The notes beneath the pieces are model-generated. The model worked only from the letters and a program-made list of their open reading frames with translations, was not told where the DNA came from and searched no databases. Made by a program: the position numbers and the translations under genes. Below are positions 1-12,145 of a stretch of 64,000 nucleotides of DNA, piece after piece. The stretch lies in the NCBI RefSeq assembly GCF_963921235.1, contig NC_086097.1:215142001-215206000 (forward strand). The letters are read 5' to 3'. How positions within the stretch are numbered: position 1 is the stretch's first letter; the number at the start of each line of letters is the position of its first letter. The stretch is from Mobula hypostoma (taxonomy: Eukaryota).

Positions 1-1065
1 GCTCTGAGTAGTACTGGTATGTGCAGTAGCATTGTTGCTAATAGCATTCCAGCAACAACCACTTCAGCGCCTAAACCAACGTCATGGGCTGCTATCGCTA
101 GGAAACCTGCAAAACCTCAGCCTAAGCTAAAGCCTAAGACTAACGTAGGAATAGGTGGGTCTGCAGTGCCACCACCACCTATAAAACATAACATGAATAT
201 TGGAACTTGGGAAGACAAAGGTAATGTGCCCAAAGCCCCACCTACACAGCAAGTTCTGCCTCCTCAAGTTGTTATCCAGCAACATCAGCTTCCACAGCAG
301 CCAATTGCTATTCAGACCCAACCAGCACATCACCCACCACAGCATGTAGGGCCTCAGCAACCTCAGGTTCAGCAGCAGTTGCAAAGCCGCTGGGTTGCTC
401 CTCGCAATCGGGGAGCTGGCTTCAATCAGAACAGTGGTACTAATAGTGAGAGTTTTGTGTTGGGTATTGCCTCTTTAAGCACTTCACCGCCAAGTGGAGA
501 AGTACATCCTGTATTGGAAAAACTGAAAGGCATACACAACTACAACCCCAAAGATTTTGACTGGAGTCTGAAGACGGGTCGAGTATTTATAATTAAAAGC
601 TACTCTGAGGATGATATACACCGTTCCATCAAATATTCTATTTGGTGCAGTACTGAACATGGTAATAAACGTTTGGATGCTGCTTTTCGTTCCTTGAACA
701 GTAAAGGGCCACTCTATTTACTATTTAGTGTAAATGGAAGTGGACATTTTTGTGGAGTGGCTGAGATGAAGTCGGCCGTGGACTATAATGCTTACGCTGG
801 AGTATGGTCGCAGGATAAATGGAAAGGCAAGTTTGAAGTGAAGTGGATCTTTGTAAAAGATGTACCCAATAACCAGCTACGGCATATTCGTTTGGAAAAT
901 AATGATAACAAACCGGTTACCAACTCAAGGGACACACAGGAGGTGCCCCTAGAAAAAGCCAAGCAAGTGCTTAAAATAATTGCTACTTACAAGCATACCA
1001 CTTCAATCTTTGATGATTTTGCACATTATGAAAAGCGTCAAGAAGAGGAGGAAGCCATACGTAGG
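1..1065 (+). CDS. YTHDF3: YTH domain family protein 3 (m6A reader), penultimate large exon; 5' end lies outside the window
   Basis: Frame 1 is open from base 1. P/Q-rich region ([34 protein letters not shown]) then a full YTH domain ([33 protein letters not shown]...[14 protein letters not shown]). [26 protein letters not shown] and NDNKP match the DF3 paralog. Donor AGG|GTAAGT at 1065/1066. Confidence 0.95.
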
Positions 1066-1359
1066 GTAAGTATGGAAGAAATTGTACCTGTGGTTTCCAC
1101 TTGTGCCATGTGGTTCTGCTTATTTTTTTCAGGTTACTGTTGAGAAGACAACCATAAATCAGGTAACCGCTTAATATTTGTATGAAGTATGTCTGTATTG
1201 ATGAGCTATTGAGTGTCGGTCTTAGATTCTTGAAATATTTAAGACTTTGATTAATGATGCACAGTTCATGAATTAAATGAGTTTTTAGACAATTTGATGT
1301 ATACGATTTGTATTGGCATGGTGCAAGATACTGCAGTAAAGGAATCAGATTGCCTTTTC

Positions 1360-1985
1360 TTTCATTATAACAATTGGAATTGCTTTGTTATTGTCACATA
1401 TACCAAGGCACAGCTTGTCATGCTTACTGTTCGTACAGATAATTCATTGCGCAGTGCATTGTGGTAGTACAAGGGAAAACAATAGCAGAATATGCTGTAA
1501 CAGCTAGAGAAAAAGTGTAGTGCAGGCACACAATAAAGTGCAAGGTTATAAAGAGGTATATTGTGAGCTCAAGAGAGTCTTATCGTACCATTTACCGTTA
1601 AGTAGTCTTATGACAATGGGGTAGAAATTGTCCTGTCCTTGAGCGTGGTGGTACGTGCTTCCAAGCTTTTGTATCTTTAGCCCAGTGGGGGAGAGGGGAG
1701 AAGAATGTTTGGGATTAGTGGGGTCTTTGTCCATATTTCTTTGCTGCCCTTGATTACGCTGACTGCTCTACTAAGTTTTTGGAGGGCAGCTGTGATATGC
1801 TGAGCTGTGTCCATAACACTGCATATTCTTGTAGTCATAAGCAGAGCAGTTGCCAAACCTAGCCATGATACATCCAGGCAGGATGCATTCTTTGGTGCAT
1901 AGATAAAAGTTGGTAGAGCTTGATGGGGATATGCCAAATTTCTTTAGCCTCTTGAGGAAGTAGAAGAATTGATGAGCTTTCATAG
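1360..1985 (-). mobile_element. Degenerate Rex1/Babar-like LINE 3' fragment
   Basis: Minus-strand remnants FYFLKRLKKFG...NFYLCTKECILPGCIMARFGN and FYPIVIRLLNG, similar to other Rex-like copies in the window. Confidence 0.6.
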
Positions 1986-2263
1986 CTATGGTGTCTGTGG
2001 ATTGGACTAGGACAGGCTATTGGATTTGAAACCTTCAACCAGGATGTTACAGTCCAGTATAATATAGGACCAATATAAAACAAAGATCACACTGTCACTG
2101 GAGATATTCTGAACTCATGTAAAAGAGTGCTAAAGTAGGGAAAGCCATAATTGTTGCATTCCAAGCACCAGTGAGAGGGGACAAACTGAAAAATTAAGAG
2201 AAAAGTTCAGAAGAGTCATTATACCAAGAGTTTTTAAGAAAATATGATTGAATTAAAGGGTGT

Positions 2264-3041
2264 CACAAACCCAAGAAAATCTGCAGATGCTGGAAGTCCA
2301 AAGCAACACACAAAATGCTGGAGGAATTTAGCAGCCAGACAGCATCTATGGAAAAGAGTAAACATTTGCCGTTTTGGGCCGAGACCCTTTATCAGGGCTG
2401 GAAAGGAAGGGGGGAAGTCAGAGGAAGAAGTCCAAGGTGGCATGTGATAGGTGAAACTAGGGGAGGAGTGAAGAACTGAGAAGTTGATTGGTGAAAGAGG
2501 TAAAGAGCTGGAGAATTGGGGATCTGATGGGAGAGGACGGAGACCATAGAAGAAAGGGAAGTGATGGACAGGTAAGGAGATCAGGAGAGAGAGGAAAACA
2601 GGAAATGGGAATGATGAAGAGGGTGAGGGGGGCGCAATTACTAGAAGTTTGAAAAATTGCTGTTCATGCCATCAGATTAGAGGCTTCCAGATGGAATATA
2701 AGGTGTTGCTTCTCCAACCTGATTGTGGCCTCATCGTGGCAGTAGATGAGGTCATGGACTGGCATGTTGGAATGGGAATTGGTATTGAAATGGGTGGTCA
2801 CTGGGAGATCCTGCCTTTTCTGGTAGTTGGAGCATAAGTGCTTGGTGAAGTGGTCTCCCATTCTACCTTGGTTCTCACCGATACAAAGGAGGCCACACCA
2901 GGTGCACCGGATATAGTAGGTGACCCCCCCCCAAGAGACACACAGGTGAAGTGTCGCCTCACCTGGAAGAACTGTTTGGAGCCCTGAAGGTGGTAGTGAG
3001 GGTGGAGGTGTAGGGGCAGTTGCGGCACTTGTTCCATTCAC
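2264..3041 (-). mobile_element. Penelope-like element 3' part (GIY-YIG endonuclease remnant plus pseudo-LTR)
   Basis: VTYYIRCTWCGLLCIGE...HFN...RLEKQHLIFHL is GIY-YIG-like; pLTR with a decayed hammerhead at ~2360-2400. Confidence 0.8.
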
Positions 3042-5270
3042 TTGGAAGTGCTATGAGTTTTGTCACCCCCCTTTCTCTCTCTTTCCCCCCCATTACCTTC
3101 ATGTTGTTATCAGTTAATTCTCCACCAAGATCTCTGGAGGTCAGTAGTGAGATAGAAACTTAATTGGATAAGGTACATTGATACTCTGTCTACAAGAACA
3201 GGTCTGATTAGATGCTTTTAAAATCACAATGATGCAAAGACTATATATACAGAAAAAATTAGGATTATGATCTAGGATAAAGCAGCCTGTTTGATCAACA
3301 TGTGAGCATTCATTCCTTCAGGTTGTGCCATCTACAAAATGTTTAGGAGTATCTATCAGCTGCGGGATCTTTACCACCCAAGGAAAAGACAGTAAACACA
3401 AACGAACATTAAAATCTAAATTTGTTCAAAATTATGTGCCATCCTTGCTGGTAAATAATAGGCTGTTCTTTCATTGTTGTGACTTGTTTAAAATCATGAA
3501 ATTTCCGAACTGTTAACAGAGTTGAAATACGTTGGCCTTATAGACTGCAGCAATTCAAAACAGAATCTCACCACAACTTCTCAAGGCTAATTAAGTATCG
3601 GTAATAAATGCTGGCTTTAAATATGTCCATGTACTGTGAATTAATGAAAAGGGCACTTCCGTAAATTAAGCAAGCTGTTTCCATCATAGTTTACTTTGTG
3701 CTGTTTCCAGTACCTTTTATTTTCTGGCCCCTGTCTATGAACGGAAATTTATTGCGGACTTAATGATCTGTAGTACGGCTCTGAATTTCGGTTTAAGTAA
3801 CAGAAACAGTTGGTAGGACATTTGTAGTGTGAACTTTGCCATTTCTGATTGGCGGAAAGAGTGTTTATAATTTGAAAATGTGAAAGGACTGAAAAAGAGC
3901 TTGATAACAAAGATTTTGCTGTTTCAATGAAAATCAGTCATTCTAATGTTCAAATCAATAGGGCCAATAGTCTTTTTTTTTGAAGGAGCAGCTTTTCATG
4001 AGTTGCAAAGAGAACATTTTAATCTTTGCAAACACGCAGCTGTTGTGAGTTCTTTTTACAAACATTCTTAAATTACAGCCATAAATGTCAAAGTGTGGTT
4101 GAATTGATCAAGATCAAAATCTTTTCCTTGAAACACAGGAAAGGAATTGATGACAATAAGTATATTGTGCGTTGTGTTTTAAAGATACTCATGTTCTGAC
4201 ACCCATGTTACATCAAGATAAATGCATTATAATGTTGATTTTTAAAACGTTTAGTACAACCTCTTAGAAACTTGATAAGATGTTTGGTGCATTTCACTTT
4301 ATGTGGTGCACAAAGCTTTTTTTTAATGCCTAGATTTTTGAATTAACTTTGATTACAAATGGTCTACCCAGCGCTGTCATCTGGATTATGGAAATTCACC
4401 CTTTTAAAATTCCCAAATTACTCAAAATTTGAGAAAGTAATAGAAAATTTTCTCAATTTTTCTTTAATTACTCGGAGCTGTGGAACAAAATGATTTGGAA
4501 TGACGTGGCTGGTATGGATTCTACTTAAATGCATGCTGGCATTTTGTTCTTGGTCTTAAAGTTACATTGGCTGTCAAAGTTCGGAGTAAATATACGTCAG
4601 CATATACAACTCTCAGATTCATTTTCTTCAGGCATAATAAATCCAATAACTATAATGGAATCAATGAAAGATCCTGCCACTGTGCAAAAGATGACAAATT
4701 GTGCAAATACAAAAAATAATAACTAAATAAGTAATAAATATCAAGAACATGAGATGAGTCCTAGGTTGTTGGAACAGTTCAGTGACTGGACGAGTAAACT
4801 TCAGTGAAGGAAGTTATCCCCTCTGGTAAAGTCAGGAGGCCCAATGAGGACTTGGGTATTTACTTACTTTCTAAACTTGGGTCTTGTAACACCAGCTGCA
4901 TCTTTTACCTCTGGCTGATATTTGATAGTGCAGTTTTGGTTGATAATTTGTTTGTCCTCATCACGTGTGTTACCATGCCATCTGGTAGATAAATTTGGAT
5001 TGGCTGTAATTACCTCCTGAGGCAAAGGGATGCTCTCTCAAAGCAATGTGAGGAACTTAACTTCATGGAAATTAATTTGTTGAACAGTATAGTGTAAACA
5101 TGAGGTAGATACGTATGTTTGATACACGTCCACCTTTGTAGGATTCTGTCAGCATTTTATGTATTGGGAAAATGAGCCAAGCCATTGTTAGCCTTTCATT
5201 TCTGCCAGTTCATTGCTTGAAGAACATACTGCTGTTGCAGTTTGGCTTCCATACTGGTGTTTTTTTTAAA

Positions 5271-5862
5271 TTAACAAAATATACTTCATTCCAAGATAAA
5301 ATTATGTACAATAAACCATTCAATGACTCTCAATCCTTTACAGACGTTTCCACTATATTCTATACATTTCCACACTTTTAGCCACTCACGTGGCACTCTG
5401 TTTCATCTTTACACACCATTGTTGAGGGGTATACTCCCCGCCACCTGACCCCTCCCACTCCGGCGGGGGAACAGCCCTGAACCGTGATCCTTCCCCACCA
5501 GTTTCAGTGCGTCCCTCAGCACATACTCCTGGAGCCAAGAATGTCCCAGTCAGCAGCATTCTGCCACGGACATCTCCATGTGCTGGTAGACCATCAAGTT
5601 TCAGGCTGACCAAAGTGCATCTTTCACCGAGTTAATGATCTGCCGGCAGCACCGGATATTGGTCTCTTTGTGTGTCCCTGGGAACAGCCCATAGATCAGA
5701 GTCCTCTGTTACGCAGCTGCTGGGGATGAAGTGTAACACTAGCCCGTCCATCCTCCTCCACACCTTCTCCGCAAACTCACAGTGTGCAAAGAGGTGGGTC
5801 ACTGATTCTCCTCACTGCAGTCCTCTCGTGGGCAGCGGGGTGTGGAGACGACGTTCCGGGCA
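5271..5862 (-). mobile_element. Tx1/L1-clade LINE 3' fragment with target-site duplication
   Basis: Minus strand encodes CPREDC...VTHLFAHCEFAEKVW (RT-associated zinc knuckle) and IINSVKDALWSA; flanked by GGTG(T)7-8AAA at 5256-5270 and 5863-5876. Confidence 0.75.
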
Positions 5863-6128
5863 GGTGTTTTTTTAAAACACTTAAATTAGCTCGGAGTGAA
5901 AATATTCAGATAAATTGGAGGTCTGTGGGTCCTGTCCTATTTTTCTGTCATTTTTTAAGTTGTTGCAAATTTAACACTATCATGTCATTCTATGATTTCT
6001 AAGACACCATTAGTAAAATAATGGAATAAGGGAGAAAAGAAATAACAGAACAAAATTTTGTGCAAAAGATTGATTAGAAATTCAACCCCTGTCCATTCCT
6101 ATGTACTGGTTACGTTTGCAGACCTCAA

Positions 6129-6450
6129 ATAAACTCTTCTTGGGCTTTCGGTTAGGTACAAGTATCAACTTTAACTGACATTTCAATGACAAACTCCACC
6201 ATCTTCATCAGGAACGATGCCTAGGCTCGTCCAGTCCAGGGGTATATATACCCCTGTCATCCATCCTTCCTGATTGGTTAGTCCTCAACCAATCATGTTC
6301 TTGCTATCCCACTTGGTTTACAATCAATGAAGATGTTGAAATTTGTCATCGAAACATTGGTTATAATAGATACCTGTACCTGGCTGGAAACCCAAGAAGA
6401 GTTTATTCGTCGTATATGCCGGGAAAGCACTAGATCCTTTTACAGACCTC
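6129..6450. mobile_element. Penelope-type element with inverted pseudo-LTRs (second family)
   Basis: ~80-bp imperfect inverted repeat (6129-6210 vs 6327-6408) containing CTGATGA...GAAA. Confidence 0.6.
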
Positions 6451-6499
6451 CATAAAGGTGCACCTTGAGATTTCTGTGGGAAACATGGCTTTCCAGATT

Positions 6500-7280
6500 G
6501 AAACACTGAGTCTAAATATTAATGACATTAAGATAGGAGTCAAGGCATATTTACAAAGGACATTTAGACTCTGCAACAGGATTATAGATTGAGTGGGAAA
6601 AAACTTGGAGTGCATTGAGAATCAAAAGGCAGAATGTTTCCTAATTGGAGAGAAACTGGAAATTGAGTGTAGAGATCTAGGTGTTCTTGTGCATGAATCA
6701 TAAAGCTAGCTGCCTGGTGCAGCAAGTAGTTAAGAAATCAAGGCAATATGGGCCTTTTAAAAGTGAATTTGAGTTTGTTACGTTCATACAGGGGCATGGC
6801 ACATAACGAATGAACTTTCATTGTTGGTTGGTGCACAGTAATCTAATGGATGGTCTATTCTGGAGTAATTACAGTTTTGAGCCACAATTTAAGAAAGGAC
6901 ATACTAACATTGGAGGATGTCCAAAACGCCTTGGTTGACAGAATTGTCTTGTTACAAGCAGGTAATGTGGGTGTGGTCTGTGTTCTTGGGAATTTTGAAG
7001 AATGAGGTTAATCTTAATGAAACATGAGAGGTCATGGCAAAGTAAATATTAATTCCATGAGTGGGAGAAATCGTGAACAAAGTGACCAATTGGGGTACGT
7101 AGAAATTACTTCTGTGGTGGTCTCTGTCCTAGATGTTTGTGTTTGGTAGATTATAGGAGATATTTAAAAAGGAAGTTAATTTTTGAATGCTTTGTAATTC
7201 AGGACTACAAGGGAGTTTAAACCTGGTTATACTAAATGATTGCACAGGACTAAGGAGTCCGGTGGCCTACTCTTGCTCCT
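6500..7280 (+). mobile_element. Old degenerate CR1 LINE 3' fragment
   Basis: Similar to the CR1 RT C-terminus and 3' end (tggcctactcttgctcctattttcatatgttctt). Confidence 0.6.
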
Positions 7281-8207
7281 ATTTTCATATGTTCTTGTTC
7301 AGAGAAAGATGGTTCTGAGCACATTAACACAAATGTGTTTAAATACAATTTTAATTGAAGAGCTATGGTCAGTGCTGCTCAGTGGTGCCAAATACCTTAA
7401 CTCTAGAATGTTTAGTTAATTAGTTCATGGCCTACTTATCCATTGTTTCTCACTATTGATGGCTGTTCTTGGTTGCTTGGTACATTTTTCAACTCTAGTG
7501 TATTGCTCACTGTTATATAGACCTTGTGTTAAATAGTTGTTTGGTGTCTTTTCCACAGCTGATCCACATGATACTGCCTCTGAGTATTAGTACATTCATT
7601 GGATATAGATTGAAGGCTCGTTCCTACTTAATAGTTTGTATGTTAACTAAAAAGTCTCAGAGAGAAAATTTGTTGCAGACTCACGTTATTAGTAAGTTCC
7701 ATAAATGCCAAATGAGCAGATAATGGAGGTGAGATTACAGATGCTGGAATCTGGAGCAATTAACATTTTGCTGGAGGAACTCAGCAAGTTGAGCAGCATC
7801 TGTGGGGGGGGGGAGGAATTGTTGATGTTTTGGGTAAAAATTAACCTTTTTTGTTCTAGTTGTGTATTAAAAAAATTGTGCATACTTTTATTTTTCTTGT
7901 GAATGCTGTTGTAAATAAATTTTTCATTGCACCTGTGCACATATGTACTTGTGCATATGACAAAAAACTCTACTTTAAAAACCCTGAGTCAAGACATAGT
8001 AGAGGCCTGATAGCAAGTATAAAGAGAAGGGGAGAGGGGTGAGATGAGCCAGTAGGAAATTTGCGGATTGAAAAACGTTGGGAGATGATGGGCATATGGA
8101 ACCACAAGGGGAAGAGTAGAGTTGGGAGACAGGCATGTGATAGGTTGTAGCAGAAGAAAAAGGTCAATGGAGCCAGATGGGGGGAGGTTGAAGCTGCAGA
8201 TGGCTGG

Positions 8208-9046
8208 TGTGACAAGAATACACATAGATTAAGATGTAGCAGGCCTGGGCTGGCACCAGTGGAATCAGCAGTTGGTCTGCCACCTGTCTTCAGGGGAGAG
8301 AGAGATAAGGAAAACAATGGAGCAGCATTTGGAGATGTTAATGAAGGACGGAGAGCTGTCAAGATCGGCTCCCCCTTTGAACCCTGAACTGTTTGAAGTG
8401 ATGGACAGGCGATACCCCAGCAGGGGGATAAAAAGGGACAGGTTCGCTAAGGCAGGACACACACGACACCCGAGGTAACAAGACCCCTGGAAGCGGTGCG
8501 TCTCTCACAAGTCGGTGGGAAGTACCGGGCCATAAACGCACAGGGTGGAAAGGCACGATCGGCGGGAACCTGGTGTGTATCCACCCTTGCCTGGGTGCCA
8601 GGTTCACCGCAGGGAAACGATCGTATCTGGAAATGGAGGGGTCACGGTCGGTGACCTCAGATGACATCACAAAGGACTCGCCCGAAAGCTGACTGCGAAG
8701 GTCTGTGTGGAAGCCTTGAATATTCATTCGTTTTTGCTCTCTCTCTCCTTCCCCCCCACACTGTCCATCTCCCACGGCAGCGATTACTGCGAACTGAACT
8801 GAACTTTGCATCACTTTGAAACTGGTCATTTACCCCTAGACAACAATAGAGCTTGATTGATCCTGGTATCTGAATTCTGTGTACATGTATGTTTATCATT
8901 GCTGAACTGTTGCATTCATTATCCTTTTGATTAGAGTACTGTGTTGCTTGTTTCCTTAATAAAACTTTCTTAGTTCTAGTAATCCAGACTCCAACTGAGT
9001 GATCCATTTCTGCTGGTTTGGCAACCCAGTTACGGGGTACATAACA
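8208..9046 (+). repeat. 5' LTR
   Basis: Direct repeat of 12146-12984; about 18 substitutions and 3 small indels by manual count; AATAAA at 8958-8963. Confidence 0.95.
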
Positions 9047-9050
9047 TAAG

Positions 9051-9076
9051 TGGGGTGCTCGTCCGCGATTTTGAAC
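9051..9076 (+). promoter_or_regulatory. Primer binding site, tRNA-Pro-like
   Basis: TGGGGTGCTCGTCCGCGATTTTGAAC vs the tRNA-Pro complement TGGGGGCTCGTCCGGGATTTGAAC, 4 nt after the LTR. Confidence 0.85.
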
Positions 9077-9145
9077 GCTAAATTTGGGACGGAGTAAATT
9101 GATTGGGTCAAAATTCCCGAAAGAAAGAAAAGACAAACAGCAGAA

Positions 9146-11368
9146 ATGGAGGCTGAGGAAATTATAAAGGCGCCGACCTTGGAGGCATTAGAGGATGCCA
9201 GGAAATCGGAATTGGTAGCTGTGGCCAAACAGTTGAATCTTGCTAAGGGGAAGTCGACAATGAGGAGAGAGGAGATACACAGAGCTATCGTAGAGCGCTA
9301 TGTATCTAAAGGTGTGTTTCACCAAGGCGAGCTGGAGATGGTGTCTATTGAAAAACCTGCTGGAGACGCGGTACAGGTGCAGCTTGAAAAACTGAGACTC
9401 GAGCACGAGTTCCGGGTAAGGCAGTTGGAGCGAGAAGAGAAAGAGAGGGACAGACAGTTGGAGCGAGAAGAGAAGGAGAGAGAGTTAGAAAGGCAAGAGA
9501 GAGAGAGGCAGTTGGAGAAAGAGAGGGAAAGGGAATTCGAGCTGGAGAAGTTGAGGATAAGGGCAAAGCAGGGGCCTGTGCCGAACCAAGGTGGAGGGTT
9601 CCGGGCGACCCAGGAGGTTAGGCTGGTTCCCCCATTTGACGACACCGACGTGGATCGGTACTTTCTCCATTTCGAAAAAGTTGCTATAAGTCAGGACTGG
9701 CCGAGGGATAAGTGGGCTGTTTTACTTCAGAGTGTACTGAAAGGGAAAGCCCAACAAGCTTACTCAGCGTTGTCTGCGGAAGATGCCCAGAGGTATGAGG
9801 TGGTGAAAGAGGCCATCCTCAGGATTTATGAGTTGGTCCTGGAGGCATACCGGCAGAGGTTCCGGAATGCGAGGAAGCAGTGGGACCGCAGGTATTTAGA
9901 GTTTGCTCGTGAGATGCAGACATATTGTGAGCGTTGGTGTGCCTCGAAGGGAGTAGAGGGGGATTATGACAGACTGCTACAGCTGATCCTGATTGAGCAG
10001 TTTAAAGGTGTCCCTGAGGGTATGAGACCCTACCTAGATGAGAAAGAGGCAGCCACGTTAGCCGCAACCGCTAAGTTAGCGGATGAGTATGCGTTGACGC
10101 ATAAAATAAAGTTTGCCCCGAGTAAAGGCTACCAGAAGGGTAGTCAGGACGGCGGGGAGAGTCCGCCGGAAAAGTCAGAAAGTAAGCCGGGGACTAGTGA
10201 GAAGGATAAGGTAGACCAGGAGCAGTCTGGTAGGAAGTCTCCTGGGGTCGTCTGTTATAATTGCGGGAAAGTCGGACACTTTGCGTCCAGGTGCTTTGCC
10301 CAAAAGAAGGAGACGGGAAAAGGAAAAGCGGCGATTTTGACTGGCTGTATCGAGCTGGTAAACGAACCGCAAGGACCGGACAGGTCTGCCAAAGTTCAGG
10401 AAGGGCGCGAGAAGTTTATCTTGGCCGGATTGGTGTCAGTGAAGGAGGGGTTAAAACCAGTTCCAGTGCGGATCTGGAGAGACACGGGAGCGTGTCAGTC
10501 ACTAATACTGAAGAGTGTATTAGAGTTTAGCTCAGAGGCCCAGACTGGGGAGGTCAAGGTCAAAGGTATTGGAGAAGGGACAGAGACAGTCCCTTTGCAC
10601 CAGGTACACTTACAAAGCAACCTGGTCTCTGGACTAGTCACGATCGGGGTGAGGTCCGAATTACCGATGAAAGGCGTGGAAGTCTTGCTCAGTAATGACG
10701 TTGCCGGGGGAATCGTGTTCCCAGTCGTGAGATTGACAGGTCAGCCTGCCAGCATCGAGGCCCCGCCCATGGACTCACAGGTTCATCACAGGACTGCGGT
10801 AGTAAATTTAGCTGAGACGTTTCTGCCAGCCTTGTACGAGAAGGGGGTAGAAAGTGAAAAGAAGGAGTGTAGTGAGACAAGAGGTAGTGAGGGAGCTGGG
10901 ACAGACGTAGCATTAGCCAGGAAAGAATTTGTGCAGGCGCAGGAGCGAGATGAGGGGCTGATGGTTTTGGTGGAGGAGGAAGTGCTAAGGAAGAAAGGGA
11001 GACCAAGTACCGTACCCGCAGATGAGGAATGGGGGGTGGTGCAAAAGAGTTATGGGGATGAGGTTTTTAACCTGGCCCACAAGGTACCCCCCGGTGGACA
11101 TTTTGCGGTGCTGGAGGAAACAGTTGGTGGAATCATGAAAGAGGTTTACCGGGTGCCCAGGAGGAAGGATGTTATTGATTATGGCCGACGCGAACTGAGA
11201 CGGTCACAGGCTTTTGATATGCTAACAAACCTAGTTGGTGTTAGCGCGGAAATCAATGAAGCTAGGGTGCCCCTGATAAGTGAAAAAAACCATTTTGAAA
11301 AGATGAGTATGGTATCGACTAGATGGCTATTGTTTTGGCCAGCTCTGCTGATAAGGTCTCTCCCTTAA
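9146..11368 (+). CDS. Gag-protease ORF (E/R coiled coil, SCAN-like capsid domain, CCHC knuckle, aspartic protease, integrase zinc-finger remnant)
   Basis: 740-aa open frame; YEVVKEAILRIYELVLEAYRQRFR...LILIEQF (SCAN-like), CYNCGKVGHFASRC, RDTGA, LAHKVPPGGHF. Confidence 0.85.
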   Translation: MEAEEIIKAPTLEALEDARKSELVAVAKQLNLAKGKSTMRREEIHRAIVERYVSKGVFHQGELEMVSIEKPAGDAVQVQLEKLRLEHEFRVRQLEREEKERDRQLEREEKERELERQERERQLEKEREREFELEKLRIRAKQGPVPNQGGGFRATQEVRLVPPFDDTDVDRYFLHFEKVAISQDWPRDKWAVLLQSVLKGKAQQAYSALSAEDAQRYEVVKEAILRIYELVLEAYRQRFRNARKQWDRRYLEFAREMQTYCERWCASKGVEGDYDRLLQLILIEQFKGVPEGMRPYLDEKEAATLAATAKLADEYALTHKIKFAPSKGYQKGSQDGGESPPEKSESKPGTSEKDKVDQEQSGRKSPGVVCYNCGKVGHFASRCFAQKKETGKGKAAILTGCIELVNEPQGPDRSAKVQEGREKFILAGLVSVKEGLKPVPVRIWRDTGACQSLILKSVLEFSSEAQTGEVKVKGIGEGTETVPLHQVHLQSNLVSGLVTIGVRSELPMKGVEVLLSNDVAGGIVFPVVRLTGQPASIEAPPMDSQVHHRTAVVNLAETFLPALYEKGVESEKKECSETRGSEGAGTDVALARKEFVQAQERDEGLMVLVEEEVLRKKGRPSTVPADEEWGVVQKSYGDEVFNLAHKVPPGGHFAVLEETVGGIMKEVYRVPRRKDVIDYGRRELRRSQAFDMLTNLVGVSAEINEARVPLISEKNHFEKMSMVSTRWLLFWPALLIRSLP

Positions 11369-11511
11369 TCCCCAAACAAAGCGACTCTTTAGGAGAAGTA
11401 ATTAAACGACTCGCACATGTGTGTTTGATTGTCCCTAGGCAATGCGAAGAACTGGGACGTTGGGTGGTGCTTGTTACAACAGGTTAGCCTAGCGAGCAAC
11501 ATTCCTATAGA

Positions 11512-12027
11512 ATGAGTAAGTCAGTGACAAAAGGGCTGATGAACACAGAGGTGTGTATTGGCGATGTAATACGGCTGTCTGAAGCCAGCTTGATAGTGAA
11601 CCTTGAAAAAAATGAGTTCGGCCACAGGAAGGTCACTTACCTGGGAATTGTGGTGACACAGGGGCAGCTGGCAGCGATGCAGGCTAAGGTGCGGGTTATC
11701 TCTGACATCCCAACCCCGACAGACAAGAGGGCCCTCAGAAGGCTATTGGAGATGGTGGGGTACTGTAGGAAGTTTTGCAATAACTCTGCGGTTACTACCC
11801 CTCCCCCTCCTACTAAGCCCTTGAGAGAGAAAACTAAGTCAGAATGGGACGACCCTTGTTATTGTGGTCCGGGACGAAACCCAATGAGAGGTTTACATTG
11901 ATCGCAATTCATCAGTGTTTTTGGCCACTATGAAGTTTGCTAAGTTGGAGCCTGGTCTAAGGGATTATTAATAACACATATAAAAGGAACAGGAAATGTG
12001 ATTGCTGACTGTCTGTCAAGCTGTTGA
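11512..12027 (+). pseudogene. RT and RNase H remnants of the LTR element
   Basis: VCIGDV replaces YxDD; NLEKNEF...VTYLG...LRRLLEMVGYCRKFC; ITHIKGTGNVIADCLS lies just before the PPT. Confidence 0.8.
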
Positions 12028-12145
12028 CAACTTCAAACTCACTGTATTACCCAAATAGCTGATAAAGATGTATATTTGTGTGTATCAAATAATATATTCA
12101 TGTTTGTAATTTTTACCCCCGGTAAAAATCCTTAAAGGGGGGAAG

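Noticed and set aside
1066..1143. C-terminus of ORF 19..1143 as the normal YTHDF3 end
   Set aside because: It reads through a canonical GTAAGT donor; the conserved tail is at 16076. The Met at 19 is internal to the exon.
9051..9076. tRNA gene
   Set aside because: Only the complement of a tRNA 3' end (a PBS); no cloverleaf.
8359..9136. Minus-strand ORFs in the LTRs (also 12389-13035)
   Set aside because: They recur only because the LTR is duplicated; frames differ between copies and no domain is recognisable.
9146..11368. Host SCAN zinc-finger gene or domesticated gag
   Set aside because: No C2H2 array, and it is enclosed by near-identical LTRs with PBS, PPT and TSD, so it is a recent TE.
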